Origin: Chiloscyllium plagiosum | Lineage: Eukaryota | NCBI RefSeq assembly: GCF_004010195.1 | Contig: NC_057718.1 | Coordinates: forward strand, 58,309,704 to 58,373,703 | Direction: 5' to 3' | Length of the DNA: 64,000 nucleotides | Shown: in pieces, positions 63,135-64,000 of the stretch | Layout of the letters: the number at the start of each line of letters is the position of its first letter | How positions within the stretch are numbered: position 1 is the first letter of the stretch | Notes under the pieces: model-generated | The model's database searches: none | What the model was told of the DNA's origin: nothing | What the model saw: only the letters and a program-made list of their open reading frames with translations | Program-made: the position numbers and the translations under genes

Positions 63135-64000
63135 ATGTTTACAGTGTAGAAGAATATAGAAGCTAGATAATTTGGAAAAGTAAACAGTGGTATCTTGAAA
63201 AATGACCATATTACAGAGGAGAGGTGCTGGACGTTTTAAAATACACAAAGGTGGATAAATCCTCAGGTCCTGATCAAATATATCCCAGACATTTGTGGGA
63301 ATCTAGGGAAGAGACCCCTGGGCCCCTTGCTGAGACATTTGTATCATCTATAGCTACAGGCGAGGTTCCAGAAGACTGGAGAGTGGCTAATGTGGTTATT
63401 TAAGAAAGGTGGTAATGAAACGTCAGGAAACTATTGACTGGTGAGCCTGACATCAATAATGGGTAAGTTGTTGGAGGGGATTCTGAGGGACAGGATACAC
63501 ATGTATTTAGAAAGGTAAGGACTGATTCGGAATAGTCAACATGGCATTGTGTGTGGGAAATTGTGTCTCACAAACTTGATTGCATTTTTTTTAAGAAGTG
63601 ACAAAGACAGTTGATGAAGGCAAGGCAGTAGCCATTGTCTATATTGACTTCGCAAGGTGTTTGACAAGGTTCTGCATGATAAACTGGTTAGCAAGATCAC
63701 ACGGAATCCAGGGAGAGCTAGCCAATTGGATACAGAATTGGCTTGAAGATAGGAGACAGAGGGTAGTGATGGAGGGTTGTTTTTTGAACTGGAGGCCTGT
63801 GAGCAGCTGTGTGCCACAAGGATCAGTGCTGAGTCCACTGCTTTTTGTCACTTATATAAATGATTTGTATGTGAATACAAGAGGAATGGTTAGTAAGTTT
63901 GCAGATGACACCAAAATGGGTGACATAGTGGACCGTGAAGGTGGTTATCTCATAGTATGACAGGGCCTTGATCAGATTGGCCAATAGGCCGAGGAGTAGC
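63135..64000 (+). mobile_element. CR1 family A RT fragment (runs off window)
   Basis: VPEDWRVANV; VPQGSVLSPLLF; SKFADDTK. Confidence 0.92.

Overview
Eukaryotic, repeat-dense, non-coding DNA from a cartilaginous fish (shark or ray), inferred from HE1-type V-SINEs and their partner HER1/CR1 LINEs. No host protein-coding exon, rRNA, true tRNA gene or CRISPR array could be supported, so this looks like a giant intron or gene desert. Much of the window is decayed transposable elements: at least two CR1 LINE families, Penelope-like elements (PLEs, about five distinguishable terminal-repeat types), Gypsy remnants and solo LTRs, Tx1, RTE, an RTEX-like LINE, Harbinger remnants and several tRNA-derived SINE types. 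There are two assembly gaps. Most notable: (i) minimal hammerhead-ribozyme cores in every PLE terminal-repeat type, with stem-I pairing kept across families; (ii) many tiny TSD-flanked fold-back PLE derivatives, including one palindromic PLE inserted into the hammerhead core of another (47.3-48.2 kb); (iii) a twin Tx1 insertion with a triplicated target site; (iv) a 64-bp inverted copy of local DNA at a LINE junction; (v) a candidate recursive splice site and TE-poor islands carrying PBX-HOX/MEIS motifs. Family names are from recognition by eye, not database searches, and boundaries of degenerate elements are approximate.
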